This document shows, one piece after another, positions 1 through 9,322 of a stretch of DNA of 64,000 bases; the stretch's first letter is position 1; each line of letters opens with the position of its first letter. The stretch comes from Paracoccaceae bacterium (GTDB lineage Bacteria; Pseudomonadota; Alphaproteobacteria; Rhodobacterales; Rhodobacteraceae). Below the pieces are notes generated by a model that had not been told where the DNA came from, ran no database searches, and saw nothing but the letters and a program-made list of their open reading frames with translations. The stretch spans positions 3,289-67,288 of the forward strand of contig WOZM01000031.1 of NCBI GenBank assembly GCA_011620265.1. The letters are read 5' to 3'. Made by a program: the position numbers and the translations under genes.

Positions 1-702
1 CTCCGCCACCAGCGAGGCCACCCAGCGCATGTTGAAGTTCTTCGCCCCCGGCCCCTCGTCGCCGGCGAGGCAGTCGTCGATATAGGCCCGAACCGCCTTC
101 GACCAGTGGCGGTAGTTCGAAGCGTTGATCGCATATTCGCTCGACGAGGCCGGCATCTTCTGCGCCCGGTCGACGAGCGTGAATTCCCGGCTCAGCGGAT
201 CGAGCACGAAGTGCAGCACGCCGTCGCCGAAGGTGACGAGAAGGGCGGTCTGCGGCCCGTAGATGAAGTAGCCCGCGCCGATCTGTTCGCGGGCCGGGCG
301 GAGGAACGAGGGCTCGGCCTCGGCCTTCGCCTCGAAAAGCGCGAAGATCGTGCCGATGGAGACGTTGACGTCGATGTTCGAGGATCCGTCGAGCGGGTCG
401 ATCGCCAGGGCGTAGGTGCCGCTCTCGTCGAGGGGAATGACATTGTCGCGCTCTTCGGAGGCGTACCAGCGGATGCCGGTGCCCTTCAGCGCCCGGACGA
501 ATTCCTCGTCGGCGATGAGGTCGAGCGCCTTCTGCCGGTCGCCATCGGCATTCTCCCCCACATGTTCGCCCAGCGCGCCGCCAAGCGGGCCGCGGGCGAT
601 GCGGATGGAAAGGTCGCGGGCAACGTCCGCCAGCGCCGTCATCGGCGCGACCAGTCCCGCCGGTATGCCGTCCGTGGCCGTGAGAGCGCTGCGATCCGTC
701 AT
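1..702 (-). CDS. cbbF: Fructose-1,6-bisphosphatase class 1 (first 234 codons; 3' end lies left of the window)
   Basis: The minus-strand frame is open from nt 1 to an ATG at 700-702, with GGAGG just upstream. The translation MTDRSALTATDGIPAGL...LAIDPLDGSSNIDVNVSIGTIF...YAINASNYRHW carries the class-1 FBPase DPLDGSSN motif. It is divergent from a CbbR-like regulator. It is absent from the ORF track because it runs off the edge. Confidence 0.85.
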   Translation of the reverse strand, partial: MTDRSALTATDGIPAGLVAPMTALADVARDLSIRIARGPLGGALGEHVGENADGDRQKALDLIADEEFVRALKGTGIRWYASEERDNVIPLDESGTYALAIDPLDGSSNIDVNVSIGTIFALFEAKAEAEPSFLRPAREQIGAGYFIYGPQTALLVTFGDGVLHFVLDPLSREFTLVDRAQKMPASSSEYAINASNYRHWSKAVRAYIDDCLAGDEGPGAKNFNMRWVASLVAE

Positions 703-760
703 CAGGGCCTCCTCTCCCCAATTTGAAACACAAGCTTGATCATCCGCATCGGTGCCTATA

Positions 761-778
761 AGAAAATTTAAACTTTCT
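761..778. promoter_or_regulatory. Candidate LysR/CbbR operator dyad (AGAAA-N8-TTTCT) in the AT-rich cbbF-cbbR intergenic region
   Basis: The sequence agaaaatttaaactttct lies between the divergent start codons at 702 and 802. LysR regulators typically bind T-N11-A type dyads in such divergent regions. This call rests on the motif alone. Confidence 0.25.
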
Positions 779-801
779 GTCTTTCGATTAGGAAAACGTG
801 A

Positions 802-1728
802 ATGAGGCGGCTTTCGGCGCTGACGTTCAAGCAGTTGCGGGCCCTCGATGCGGTGGCCAGAACCGGCTCCATCAGCCGCGCGGCCGAGGAATTGGGCCTG
901 ACCGCGCCGGCCGTGCACAGCCAGCTCAAGGCGCTCGAGGATAATTTCGGCTGCGCGCTATTGTCGCGGAAGGGGCAGACCGGGTTCGAGAGCACGGCCG
1001 AGGGCGCGGCGCTGCTGACCGCGTTCCACCGCGCGCAATCGGGGTTCGAGCTGGCGATCCACCGAATCGACGGGTTGCAGAAGGGGTTCGCCGGCACCGT
1101 CGTCCTCGGCGTCGTCTCGACCGGCAAGTACTTCGCCCCCGGCCTCGTCGCCCGGCTGCGCGCCGCCTATCCCGATATCGAGATCGTGCTCCGGATCGGC
1201 AACCGCACCTCGATCATCTCGGCCCTGCACGAAAACGCCATCGACCTTGCGATCATGGGCCGGCCGCCGCGCGATCCCCCGGTTGTCGCGGTGCCGATCG
1301 GCGAGCATCCGCATGTGCTGATCGCGCCGCCGGGGCACCGGCTGGCACAGGTGCCGCATCTGCGGCCCGAGGATGTCCTCTCCGAGACGATCATCATGCG
1401 CGAGCCGGGATCGGGCACCCGCATCCTCGCCACCCGCTACCTCGACCGGATCGGCGAGGGGCGGCCCTACGAGACGACCGAGATGGGCTCGAACGAGACG
1501 ATCAAGCAGGCGGTCATCGCCGGGCTCGGGCTCGCGATGATCTCGCAGCATACGGTGACGGAGGAACTGAAGGCCGGGCGGCTCGTCGCGCTCGACGTGC
1601 CGGGCCTGCCGATCATGCGGCACTGGTTCCTGCTTCACCGCGAGGATCACGCGCTGACCGGCGCGATGCGGACGGTGCGCGACTTCATCGACGCCGAGAA
1701 GGGCAGCTTCCTGCCCTCCGCCGTCTAA
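802..1728 (+). CDS. cbbR: LysR-family transcriptional regulator, CbbR-like
   Basis: The 308-aa ORF has an N-terminal HTH (LTFKQLRALDAVARTGSISRAAEELGLTAPAVHSQLKALE) and a LysR substrate-binding domain. It is divergent from the FBPase gene, as in cbb operons. Confidence 0.85.
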   Translation: MRRLSALTFKQLRALDAVARTGSISRAAEELGLTAPAVHSQLKALEDNFGCALLSRKGQTGFESTAEGAALLTAFHRAQSGFELAIHRIDGLQKGFAGTVVLGVVSTGKYFAPGLVARLRAAYPDIEIVLRIGNRTSIISALHENAIDLAIMGRPPRDPPVVAVPIGEHPHVLIAPPGHRLAQVPHLRPEDVLSETIIMREPGSGTRILATRYLDRIGEGRPYETTEMGSNETIKQAVIAGLGLAMISQHTVTEELKAGRLVALDVPGLPIMRHWFLLHREDHALTGAMRTVRDFIDAEKGSFLPSAV

Positions 1729-1763
1729 GGCCTTTCCGGTTTATGTTGAGATGGCAAGTATCG

Positions 1764-1790
1764 GAATTCGACCGAAAACGGTTCGAATTC
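1764..1790. terminator. Imperfect hairpin between convergent genes (GAATTCGACCG-loop-CGGTTCGAATTC)
   Basis: The sequence ggaattcgaccgaaaacggttcgaattc sits in the AT-rich gap between the cbbR stop (1728) and the stop of the minus-strand gene (1848). The stem has one bulge and there is no clear U-tract. Confidence 0.3.
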
Positions 1791-1847
1791 TGATTCAAGG
1801 CAAACCCGAAACGCTCTAGGCACCGCGGATCGGCCCGGAGCCCCGCG

Positions 1848-4043
1848 CTATTCGAGGATCGACAGCAGATTCGCGAAATCGTCGGTCCAGATACGCTTCC
1901 CGTCCGAGCGCAATTCCTCCCAGCGCGGGTCGGAGGCCAGCTCGCCCAGCGCCGCCTCGCTCCGGGCGAGCATCACCACCCGCGACGGGCTGTCGCCGGG
2001 ATCGGTGTCGGGATGGCCGGGATAGTCCTCGATCCGCGCCACGAGGCCGAGCGCCGCGGCGCTCCGCGCCAAGGGCCGCTGGATCGCGTAGTAGCGGTTC
2101 GAGATGTGGTAGACGAGCACCCCGTCCGGGGCGAGCCGGTCGAGATAGAGCCGCATCGCCTCATGCGTGGTCAGGTGCATCGGCACCGCGTCCGAGCCGT
2201 AGGCGTCGATGATCAGGATGTCGTATGTGAGCCCCTCCTGCGCGGCCAGCACCATCCGCGCGTCGCCGAGATGGGTGGGCGCGTCGCCGGCGCAGGCCGA
2301 CATGAAGGTGAAGTAATCCGGATTGCGGGCAATGTGGTCGACCACCGCGTCGATCTCGTAGAACTGCCAGGCCTGGCCTTCGCTCCGGTAGCAGGCGAGC
2401 GATCCGACGCCGAGCCCGACGATGCCGACGCTCTTCGCGGAGCGGCCGATATCGGAGGTCAGCACCCGCGCCATCGGCGCGTTCGGGTGGTAGTAGAAGA
2501 GCGGCTCGGGTCGCGCCTTGCCGTAGTCTGACTGCCGCTCGGCGCCGTGGATCGTGGTGCCGTTGGCGTAATGGCGCATCCCGTCCTCCTCCGTCACCCG
2601 GTGGGTGCCGAAGAAGCTGCGGTCGCGGAAGATGTCGCCGTCGGGGATCAGATAGGTGCCGCTCACCATCACCATCCCGGCGGCCAGGGCCGCCGCCGGC
2701 AGGGTGCGGCGGAGGACGATCGCGACGAGGGCGGCGAGCCCGAACATCGTCAGTTTCAGCGTCAGCCAGTCGGCGATGCCGAACGCCTTGACCGCGAGCA
2801 GGAGCGGCAGCACGGCAAGGAGACCCGCCACCACGCCCCGCGTCGCGAGCGCCCGCGTCAGCCGCATCTCCTTGCTGAGAACGAGGGTCGCCGCCAGAAG
2901 CGTCGTCACGCCGCCCTCGGCCAGGCTGTCGAAGACAACCGGCGCGACGATGGAGTTGAAAAGCCCGCCAAGCGCGCCGCCGACCGACATCACGAGGTAG
3001 AAAAGCGTGAGGTGCCGCCCGTCCGGCCGTGCGTCGTAAAGCCGGGTATGGGCGAACATCGCGACGGCGAAGAAGGCGAGGATCAGCCCCGCGACGCCCC
3101 AGAGGTTGACATGCGCGCCGGTCAGCCCGGCGAAGACCGCGCCGAGCCAGCCGAGCGCAGCCAGATAACCGATGCGCAGGATCGCCGGAGAGATCAGCGG
3201 ACGGCGGGTAAAGGTCAGGACGAAACTGAGCAGATAGAGCGAGAGCGGCACGACCCAGACCAGCGGGATCGCCCCGATATCGGTGCTGATCTTGGTTGTG
3301 ACCGCGAGCATCATCGAGGACGGCACGAAGGCCAGAAGCGTCCAGCGCCCGATCTGCCCGAGGCTCACCGGCGCCGCCGGGGCCTCGGCCCGGACCGAGA
3401 TCCAGCCGCCGCCGCGCGCGGCACTGAGACCGCTCGCCAGAAGGAAGGCCCCGAGCACCACGAACCCCATCGCCCAGCCCGCGCCGATCCGGGTCGCGCC
3501 GAAGAGCGGCTCGGCCACGAGCGGGAAGGCGAGAAGGGCCGTGAGCGAGCCGAGATTGCTTGCGCCGTAGAGGAAATAGGGATCGTCGGCCGACGGCCCG
3601 TCGCTGCGCGCATACCAGAACTGGATGAGCGGCGCGTTGGCCGAGAGGACCGCGAAGGGCACCCCGACGCCGAGCCCGAAGAGCGCCAGCGTCTGCCAGA
3701 CCGCCGGGGTTCCCGCCTCGTACTGCCAGCCCTCGGGGATCGCGAGCGGCAGGAAGAAGAGCGCCAGCGCCCAGAGCGTCAGATGCACCCCGATCTGCGC
3801 CGGAACCGGCAGGTAGCGGGTGATCAGGTGCGAATAGAGGTAGCCGCCGATCAGCACGCTCTGGAAGAACAGCATCGCCGTGGTCCAGACCGCCGGCGCG
3901 CCGCCGATCTGCGGCAGCACGATCTTGGCGAAGAGCGGCTGCACGAAGAAGAGAAGCGATGCGCTGAGAAAGATCGTCGCGGTGAAGATGATCGGGATCA
4001 TGATCCCCGGCCCTGTCACGGTCCTGCCCTCGGTCTGGTACAT
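1848..4043 (-). CDS. Polytopic membrane protein fused to a C-terminal spermidine-synthase-like (aminopropyl/methyltransferase fold) domain
   Basis: The 731-aa ORF has roughly 480 aa of hydrophobic helices. These are followed by VGIVGLGVGSLACY...YDILIIDAYGSDAVPMHLTTHEAMRLYLDRLAPDGVLVYHI, which is typical of SpeE-like domains. Confidence 0.8.
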   Translation of the reverse strand: MYQTEGRTVTGPGIMIPIIFTATIFLSASLLFFVQPLFAKIVLPQIGGAPAVWTTAMLFFQSVLIGGYLYSHLITRYLPVPAQIGVHLTLWALALFFLPLAIPEGWQYEAGTPAVWQTLALFGLGVGVPFAVLSANAPLIQFWYARSDGPSADDPYFLYGASNLGSLTALLAFPLVAEPLFGATRIGAGWAMGFVVLGAFLLASGLSAARGGGWISVRAEAPAAPVSLGQIGRWTLLAFVPSSMMLAVTTKISTDIGAIPLVWVVPLSLYLLSFVLTFTRRPLISPAILRIGYLAALGWLGAVFAGLTGAHVNLWGVAGLILAFFAVAMFAHTRLYDARPDGRHLTLFYLVMSVGGALGGLFNSIVAPVVFDSLAEGGVTTLLAATLVLSKEMRLTRALATRGVVAGLLAVLPLLLAVKAFGIADWLTLKLTMFGLAALVAIVLRRTLPAAALAAGMVMVSGTYLIPDGDIFRDRSFFGTHRVTEEDGMRHYANGTTIHGAERQSDYGKARPEPLFYYHPNAPMARVLTSDIGRSAKSVGIVGLGVGSLACYRSEGQAWQFYEIDAVVDHIARNPDYFTFMSACAGDAPTHLGDARMVLAAQEGLTYDILIIDAYGSDAVPMHLTTHEAMRLYLDRLAPDGVLVYHISNRYYAIQRPLARSAAALGLVARIEDYPGHPDTDPGDSPSRVVMLARSEAALGELASDPRWEELRSDGKRIWTDDFANLLSILE

Positions 4044-4118
4044 GTCTCTGCCCTGTTTCTTGTGACCGAGGCGTCCATAGCGGGAGATTTTGCTGAGAAT
4101 GAGGCAAAGACGCGCCGG

Positions 4119-5429
4119 TCATCCGGCCTGACGCCCCTCTCCGGCGCGGCTCGTGCCGCCGAACCCGGCGGCGTCGAGGATACGGGTCGCGGCGAGATCG
4201 ACGCCGGAGGCGTCGGCCATGCGTCGCGCGTTCGCCGCCAGCCGGTCGCGCATCGCCCGGTCGTCCAGCATCCCGTGCAGGGTCGCCGTCAGGCTCCCGG
4301 GCGTCCAGTCGGCACGGCCGAGGAAGCGGCCGGTCCCGGTTTCCCCGGCGCGGCGGGCATTGTCGTGGCCGTCCCAGCAATAGGGCATGATGAGCGACGG
4401 CACGCCGTGAAAGAGCGCCTCGCAAAACGAGTTGTTGCCGCCGTGATGGACGAAGAGATCGGCCTTGGCGACGACCGAGGGCTGCGGGAACCAGGCGTCG
4501 AGATGGACGTTGTCCGGCACCGCCCGATAGGCGTCGCGAAATCCGCCGACATTGACGAGAAAGCGCGCCGGGAAGGTCGCGAAGACCGCGAGCATCCGCT
4601 CGATCAGCGTCACGTCCATCGCCCCGAGGCTGCCGAAGGAGACGTAGATCAAGGGGCCGCCACCGCCCGGAAAGTCCGGCACCTCGTAGGGCGCTTCCTG
4701 CCGCACGCAGCCTTCGAGGAAGGTGAACCGCGCCGGATCGAGCGGCAGCGCGCGGTCGTGGCGGAGGATCGACGGGGCGAGGAGGAGGTTGTGGTAGGGT
4801 GAGGGTTCGAGAAAGAGCCCCTCGTCCAGCGGCGCGAGGCCCTGCTCGGCCCGGAATGCGTTGTAGCGGGCATGGGCCGGCCCGACCGCCCGTTCGTAGC
4901 GGTCGAGGAACGCGCCGCGCCCCGCCACGTCGCCGGCAGCGAGGCCGGAGAGATAGGGCGGCAGGTCCGGGTCCGGCAGTTCCGTCTCGGCGCAGGAGAT
5001 CACCCGGATCCACGGGCAGCCGGCGCGGGCGATGGCAGGGAACATCACGACGTTGTCGAGGACGACCGCATCGGGCCGCAGCCGGTTCAGAAGCGCGCGC
5101 AAGGGCGCCTCGGCCTGCACCGCGGTGTCGACGATCGCCTCCCATGTCGGGGCGACATAGGTCTCGATCTGGTCGATCGGATCGAGGTCGAAATGCGGCA
5201 GGTGACGGCGGATGAAATCCTGCCAGTAATCCTCGGGCACCGCCGCACCGGAGACGGGCAGGTGATATTCCTGAAAGCCGTAATCGGCGAAGATGCCGGT
5301 GAATCCGGCATGACAGATGAAGACCGGCCGCGCGCCACGCTCCTTCAGCGCCCGGGCGATGCCGACGCAGTTGAGCGCGGCACCGAAGCTTGCCTCGGGA
5401 AAGAAGGCGATGGTGGGCGTGTCGCTCAT
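4119..5429 (-). CDS. GT1-family (UDP-glycosyltransferase/MGT-like) glycosyltransferase, paralogue A
   Basis: An internal ATG at 5427-5429 of the 707-aa ORF gives MSDTPTIAFFPEASFGAALN. The C-terminal donor motif is WFPQPSVVAKADLFVHHGGNNSFCEALFHGVPSLIMPYCWDGHDNA. The start overlaps the stop of the upstream GntR gene by 4 nt. Confidence 0.8.
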   Translation of the reverse strand: MSDTPTIAFFPEASFGAALNCVGIARALKERGARPVFICHAGFTGIFADYGFQEYHLPVSGAAVPEDYWQDFIRRHLPHFDLDPIDQIETYVAPTWEAIVDTAVQAEAPLRALLNRLRPDAVVLDNVVMFPAIARAGCPWIRVISCAETELPDPDLPPYLSGLAAGDVAGRGAFLDRYERAVGPAHARYNAFRAEQGLAPLDEGLFLEPSPYHNLLLAPSILRHDRALPLDPARFTFLEGCVRQEAPYEVPDFPGGGGPLIYVSFGSLGAMDVTLIERMLAVFATFPARFLVNVGGFRDAYRAVPDNVHLDAWFPQPSVVAKADLFVHHGGNNSFCEALFHGVPSLIMPYCWDGHDNARRAGETGTGRFLGRADWTPGSLTATLHGMLDDRAMRDRLAANARRMADASGVDLAATRILDAAGFGGTSRAGEGRQAG

Positions 5430-6382
5430 CGTCCCGGCCGGCCGGTCATGCCGAAAAGCGGCGGCGCGCCACGGTTCGCGGCCTGCGGGCGCTGGCTGCG
5501 CGACAGCCTGAGATGAACGCTGAGAAGATCGGCGGCGACGGCGAGCTGGCCGCTTTCGAGATGGTCGAGAATGCCGAGATGCTCCTGCATCGCCTGCCGC
5601 AGCCGGACGACATTGCCCCGCGCGGTGGCGCCCGGCAGCTCGCGCAGCCGGTGATGCGCGATCAGCGCCTCGGCGACGAAGCGGTTCGCGGCTCCCTTCG
5701 CGATCAGGGTGTGAAATTCCGAGTCGAGCCGCTGGAACGCGCGCGGGTCGAGCCGGTCGTCGGGTTCGGCCAGGAACGCCACCATGTTGCGGCGAAGGGC
5801 CGCCGCGCGGTCCTCGTCCAGCCGGAAGCCCGGCGCGGTGAGCGCGGCGGGTTCCAGAAGCAGCCGGTATTCGAAGCTGTCGGCCTGCGATTCGGGGCTG
5901 TCGGGCAGGGTGGCAAAGACCCAGGACTGCCCCGGCGCGCGCGTCACCAGCCCGTCCTCGGCCAGGGTGCCAAGCGCCTTCAGCACCGTCCGGCGCTCGG
6001 CGCCGTAGCGGCGCATGACCTCGCCGACCGTGATCGTCTCGTCGAGCCGCCGTGCCGCACGGTCGCGGATGATCCGCTGGGCGAGCGCGCCCTCCTCGGC
6101 ATCGGGCAGCGGTTCGGCGAAGCTCGCTCCCGGCACGAAATCGCGCGAAAGGCGATACCCGGCATCGGCCTCGTGCACCGCAAGCCCCTGATCGGCCAGA
6201 AGTTTCAGCGCCGCCCGGACCGGCGTGCGCGAGACGTTGCACTGCGTTGCGATCAGTTGTTCGGGCAGATGCGCGCCGGGCTCCAGCCCGCGGTCCCGCG
6301 CGAGGTCGAGAATGCGCCGCGCAAGCTCCAGATGGTTCTGGCGGGGCCGGCGTGTCACCGGTTTCTCATCTCGTGGCGTCAT
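5426..6382 (-). CDS. GntR-family regulator with FadR-type C-terminal (FCD) domain
   Basis: An internal ATG at 6380-6382 gives MTPRDEKPV. The winged HTH is LPEQLIATQCNVSRTPVRAALKLLADQGL and the FCD-like helices include FHTLIAKGAANRFVAEAL. It is divergent from the Pot-type operon. Confidence 0.85.
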   Translation of the reverse strand: MTPRDEKPVTRRPRQNHLELARRILDLARDRGLEPGAHLPEQLIATQCNVSRTPVRAALKLLADQGLAVHEADAGYRLSRDFVPGASFAEPLPDAEEGALAQRIIRDRAARRLDETITVGEVMRRYGAERRTVLKALGTLAEDGLVTRAPGQSWVFATLPDSPESQADSFEYRLLLEPAALTAPGFRLDEDRAAALRRNMVAFLAEPDDRLDPRAFQRLDSEFHTLIAKGAANRFVAEALIAHHRLRELPGATARGNVVRLRQAMQEHLGILDHLESGQLAVAADLLSVHLRLSRSQRPQAANRGAPPLFGMTGRPGR

Positions 6383-6422
6383 CTTTCCGGGTCCCGGCGC
6401 CAGCGGCGGCTGCCCTCGGCGC

Positions 6423-6460
6423 AATTGACTATTGACGTATTTTTTCGCGCAATAATACTC
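6423..6460. promoter_or_regulatory. Candidate divergent promoter/GntR operator (TTGACTATTGACG ... AATAATACT)
   Basis: This is the only AT-rich stretch in the 6383-6560 intergenic region. It contains a direct TTGAC-TA-TTGAC repeat and -35/-10-like hexamers. This call rests on the motif alone. Confidence 0.3.
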
Positions 6461-6560
6461 TGTGGTCAAGGTGGCCGTCAGAATGCCGCCTGACCGTGGG
6501 CCGAAATTCGAAAATAAGACCGGCACATTCCCACTGACGTCCAGCAACAGAGGAACAGCC

Positions 6561-7610
6561 ATGCCACATTCCCTTGCCCCGTTGCGCATCGCCGCGACCC
6601 TTGCCGCCGGCCTTGCCGCCGCCGGCCCCGCCGCCGCCGAACTCGTCATCTCCAACTGGGACGGCTATATGGCGCCCGACGCCGTGGACGCCTTCGCCGC
6701 CGCGACCGGCGAGGCGGCCGAGATGGTCGTCCATGCGACGAACGAAGAGATCATGGGCAAGCTCATCGCCTCGGGCGGTCAGGGCTACGACGTGGTCTTC
6801 GTCTCCTCGCCCTTCGCCGAGGTGCTGAACAATCTCGGGCTTCTGGAGCCTGTCGACGCCGCGAAGGTGCCGAACCTCGCCAACCTCTATCCCGAGGCGG
6901 CGGCCCTGCCGCACGATCCCGGCAATACCTTCTCGGTGCCCTATGCCTGGGGCACGACCGGGCTTTGCTACCGCTCCGACCTCGTCTCGCCCGAGCCGAC
7001 CTCGTGGAACGACCTCCTGCATCCTGCCGAGGCTCAGGTGGGAAAGGTCACGCTTCTCGGCACCGACCGCTGGCTTCTGGCCGCAGGCTTCCTCGCCAGG
7101 GGCTATTCGGTGAACGAGACCGATCAGGCCAAGCTCGACGAGGTGGAGGCCGACCTGATCGAAGCGAAGAAGACCATGCTCGCCTTCGACGACACCACCT
7201 TCTATTCGAAGCTCGTCTCGGGCGAGGCGACGCTGGTTCATGCCTGGGACGGCTGGTGCAACTACGGCATCGCCGAGAATCCGGCGATCAAGTTCGTGAT
7301 CCCCTCGGAAGGCTCCGACCTCTGGGTGGACACGATGGTGGTGATGAAGGCGTCGCAGAACAAGGACGGCGCGTTCAAGTTCATCGACTACATCCTGGAT
7401 GCCAAGAACCACGCCTGGGCGGCCGAGAACATCCTCTACAAGGTGCCGAACAGGCCGGCGATGGAGAGCCTGTCGCCCGACATGGCCGCGACCTATCCCA
7501 ACATGGCGATGGCTCCGGCCGATCTCGTGGCGCTCGAACAGCTTCGCGACGTGGGCGAGGCGAGCCGCGCCTATGCCAAGGCGGTGAGTGCGATCAAGGC
7601 CGCTCAGTGA
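6561..7610 (+). CDS. PotD/PotF-family periplasmic polyamine-type substrate-binding protein
   Basis: The ATG at 6561 follows AGAGGAA. The signal peptide is MPHSLAPLRIAATLAAGLAAAGPAAA. It is followed by ELVISNWDGYMAPDAVDAF...SPFAEVL, which is typical of spermidine/putrescine binding proteins. Confidence 0.85.
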   Translation: MPHSLAPLRIAATLAAGLAAAGPAAAELVISNWDGYMAPDAVDAFAAATGEAAEMVVHATNEEIMGKLIASGGQGYDVVFVSSPFAEVLNNLGLLEPVDAAKVPNLANLYPEAAALPHDPGNTFSVPYAWGTTGLCYRSDLVSPEPTSWNDLLHPAEAQVGKVTLLGTDRWLLAAGFLARGYSVNETDQAKLDEVEADLIEAKKTMLAFDDTTFYSKLVSGEATLVHAWDGWCNYGIAENPAIKFVIPSEGSDLWVDTMVVMKASQNKDGAFKFIDYILDAKNHAWAAENILYKVPNRPAMESLSPDMAATYPNMAMAPADLVALEQLRDVGEASRAYAKAVSAIKAAQ

Positions 7611-7701
7611 TCTGATCTCGCGGGGCCGGAACACCGGCCCCGCCTTCCCATCGCAAAGACCCGGCCCAGTGCAAACCCAGACTACGAGATCGACCCTTCT
7701 C

Positions 7702-8535
7702 ATGGCTCCGGCCCTGCTGTGGCTGACGGCGCTGATGCTCGTGCCCTGCGGGCTCATCCTCGCCCTCGGCTTCTTCCGGCGCGGGCTTTACGGCGGGATC
7801 GAATACGCCTTCACGCTGGAGAACTTCGCGCTGATCGTCGATCCGCTTTATGCGGGCATCTTCCTGACCTCGGCACGGATTGCCGGAACCGCCACGCTCA
7901 TCGCCGTCATCGTCGGCTATGCCGCCGCCTATGCCATCGCTGCGGCACCCCGGCATCGCCAGCCGACGCTCCTCTTCCTCGCCGTCCTGCCGTTCTGGTC
8001 GAACTACCTGATCCGCACCTATGCCTGGATCGTGCTTCTGAACCGCGAGGGGTTGATCACCCAAGGCCTGCGGCTGATGGGATACGAGGGCGAGCCGCCC
8101 TCGATGCTCTATACCGAAGGCGCGGTGATCACGGGGCTGGTCTACAACTACCTGCCCTTCGTGGTCCTCGCCTGCTATGCGCCGCTCGCCCGGCTCAACC
8201 CCGAACTGGCCGAGGCCTCGCGCGACCTCGGCGCCTCGGCCTTCACCACGTTCCGGCGGGTGATCCTGCCGATGACCCTGCCGGGGATCGCCGCCGGTGC
8301 GGTCTTCGTCTTCGTCCTTTCCATCGGCAATTTCATCACGCCGGCGCTGCTGGGCGGAGGGCGGTTCCAGATGATGGGCAACCTCATCTACGCGCAGTTT
8401 CTGACTGCCAATGACTGGCCCTTCGGCGCGGCGATCTCGATGGTGCTGATCGCGATCATGATGGGGTTGCTGACCTTGCAGGCCATCGCCGCCGAGCGTG
8501 GCGCCGGCGAACGGCGGGAGGGCGCAAATGGCTGA
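7702..8535 (+). CDS. ABC transporter permease, PotB-like
   Basis: The ORF is 7588..8535, and the start is uncertain (GTG 7588, GTG 7669 or ATG 7702). It has six predicted TM segments and the EAA-type loop ELAEASRDLGASAFTTFRRVILP. Confidence 0.85.
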   Translation: MAPALLWLTALMLVPCGLILALGFFRRGLYGGIEYAFTLENFALIVDPLYAGIFLTSARIAGTATLIAVIVGYAAAYAIAAAPRHRQPTLLFLAVLPFWSNYLIRTYAWIVLLNREGLITQGLRLMGYEGEPPSMLYTEGAVITGLVYNYLPFVVLACYAPLARLNPELAEASRDLGASAFTTFRRVILPMTLPGIAAGAVFVFVLSIGNFITPALLGGGRFQMMGNLIYAQFLTANDWPFGAAISMVLIAIMMGLLTLQAIAAERGAGERREGANG

Positions 8536-9322
8536 CCGTTCGCCCGCCACCCGCCGCAGCCTCGCCGTCCTGCTCGCGGCAGTCTTCGCCTTCCTCTACA
8601 TCCCCATCGTGACGCTCGTCGCGCTCAGCTTCAACGACGGCGGGCTGCCCACGGCGTGGACCGGATTCTCGGTGAAATGGTACGGCACGCTTCTGGCGAA
8701 CCGCGACATTCTCTCGGCCGCGCTCAACACGCTGATCGTCGCGGTGATCTCCACCGCCATCGCGGCGGTGCTGGGCACGCTCCTCGCGCTCGGGATCGAG
8801 ACGCGGCGGCGAAGGGGCCGGGCGCTCGAGGCGCTGGTCTTCGCGCCGATGATCATCCCGGACATCGTGCTGGCCATCGCGCTTCTCAGCTTCTTCTCGC
8901 TTTTGAAATTTCCGATGGGGCTGCATACGATCATCCTCTCCCATGTCGTCTTCAACCTCGCCTTCGTCTCGGCCGTGGTGCGGGCGCGGCTGAAAAGCTT
9001 CGACTGGTCGGTGACGGAAGCCTCGGCCGATCTTGGCGCACCGGCTTTCACCACCTTCCGCCGGGTGACACTGCCCCTGATCCTGCCCGCCGTCATCGCC
9101 GGCGCGCTGCTGGCCTTCACCCTGTCCGTGGACGAGTTCATCATCGCCTTCTTCACCGCCGGGGCGGGGCGCGCATCGACCACGCTGCCGATGCAGATCT
9201 TCGCGATGATCCGCTTCGGCGTGACGCCCGAGATCAACGCGCTCGCGACGCTGGTGATGATCGTCTCGGTCACGGCGCTGACGCTCTCGCAGCGGCTGAA
9301 CAAGGGGGTGATCGCCCCGTGA
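8528..9322 (+). CDS. ABC transporter permease, PotC-like
   Basis: The ATG at 8528 overlaps the PotB-like stop codon (ATGGCTGA). The protein contains the loop VTEASADLGAPAFTTFRRVTLP. Confidence 0.85.
   Translation: MADRSPATRRSLAVLLAAVFAFLYIPIVTLVALSFNDGGLPTAWTGFSVKWYGTLLANRDILSAALNTLIVAVISTAIAAVLGTLLALGIETRRRRGRALEALVFAPMIIPDIVLAIALLSFFSLLKFPMGLHTIILSHVVFNLAFVSAVVRARLKSFDWSVTEASADLGAPAFTTFRRVTLPLILPAVIAGALLAFTLSVDEFIIAFFTAGAGRASTTLPMQIFAMIRFGVTPEINALATLVMIVSVTALTLSQRLNKGVIAP

Noticed and set aside
106-726. A 206-aa plus-strand ORF at the left edge.
   Set aside because: The opposite strand encodes an unmistakable class-1 FBPase with an RBS and an ATG at 702. The plus-strand translation has no motifs.
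2161-5145. A 994-aa minus-strand ORF, plus the 751-aa plus-strand ORF at 2547..4802.
   Set aside because: Both are Arg/Gly/Pro/Ala-rich with no motifs. They lie out of frame or antisense to two well-supported genes (the SpeE-like membrane protein and GT1-A). This is a typical high-GC artefact in which stop codons are rare in all frames.
4119-6242. Long N-terminal extensions given by the ORF track. Examples are the 707-aa GT, the 409-aa GntR, the 733-aa MoeA, the 322-aa MobB, the 522-aa FdhD and the 548-aa PotA.
   Set aside because: The extensions are R/P/A-rich and overlap the preceding real gene. Internal starts with an RBS or a stop/start overlap give proteins of family-typical length.
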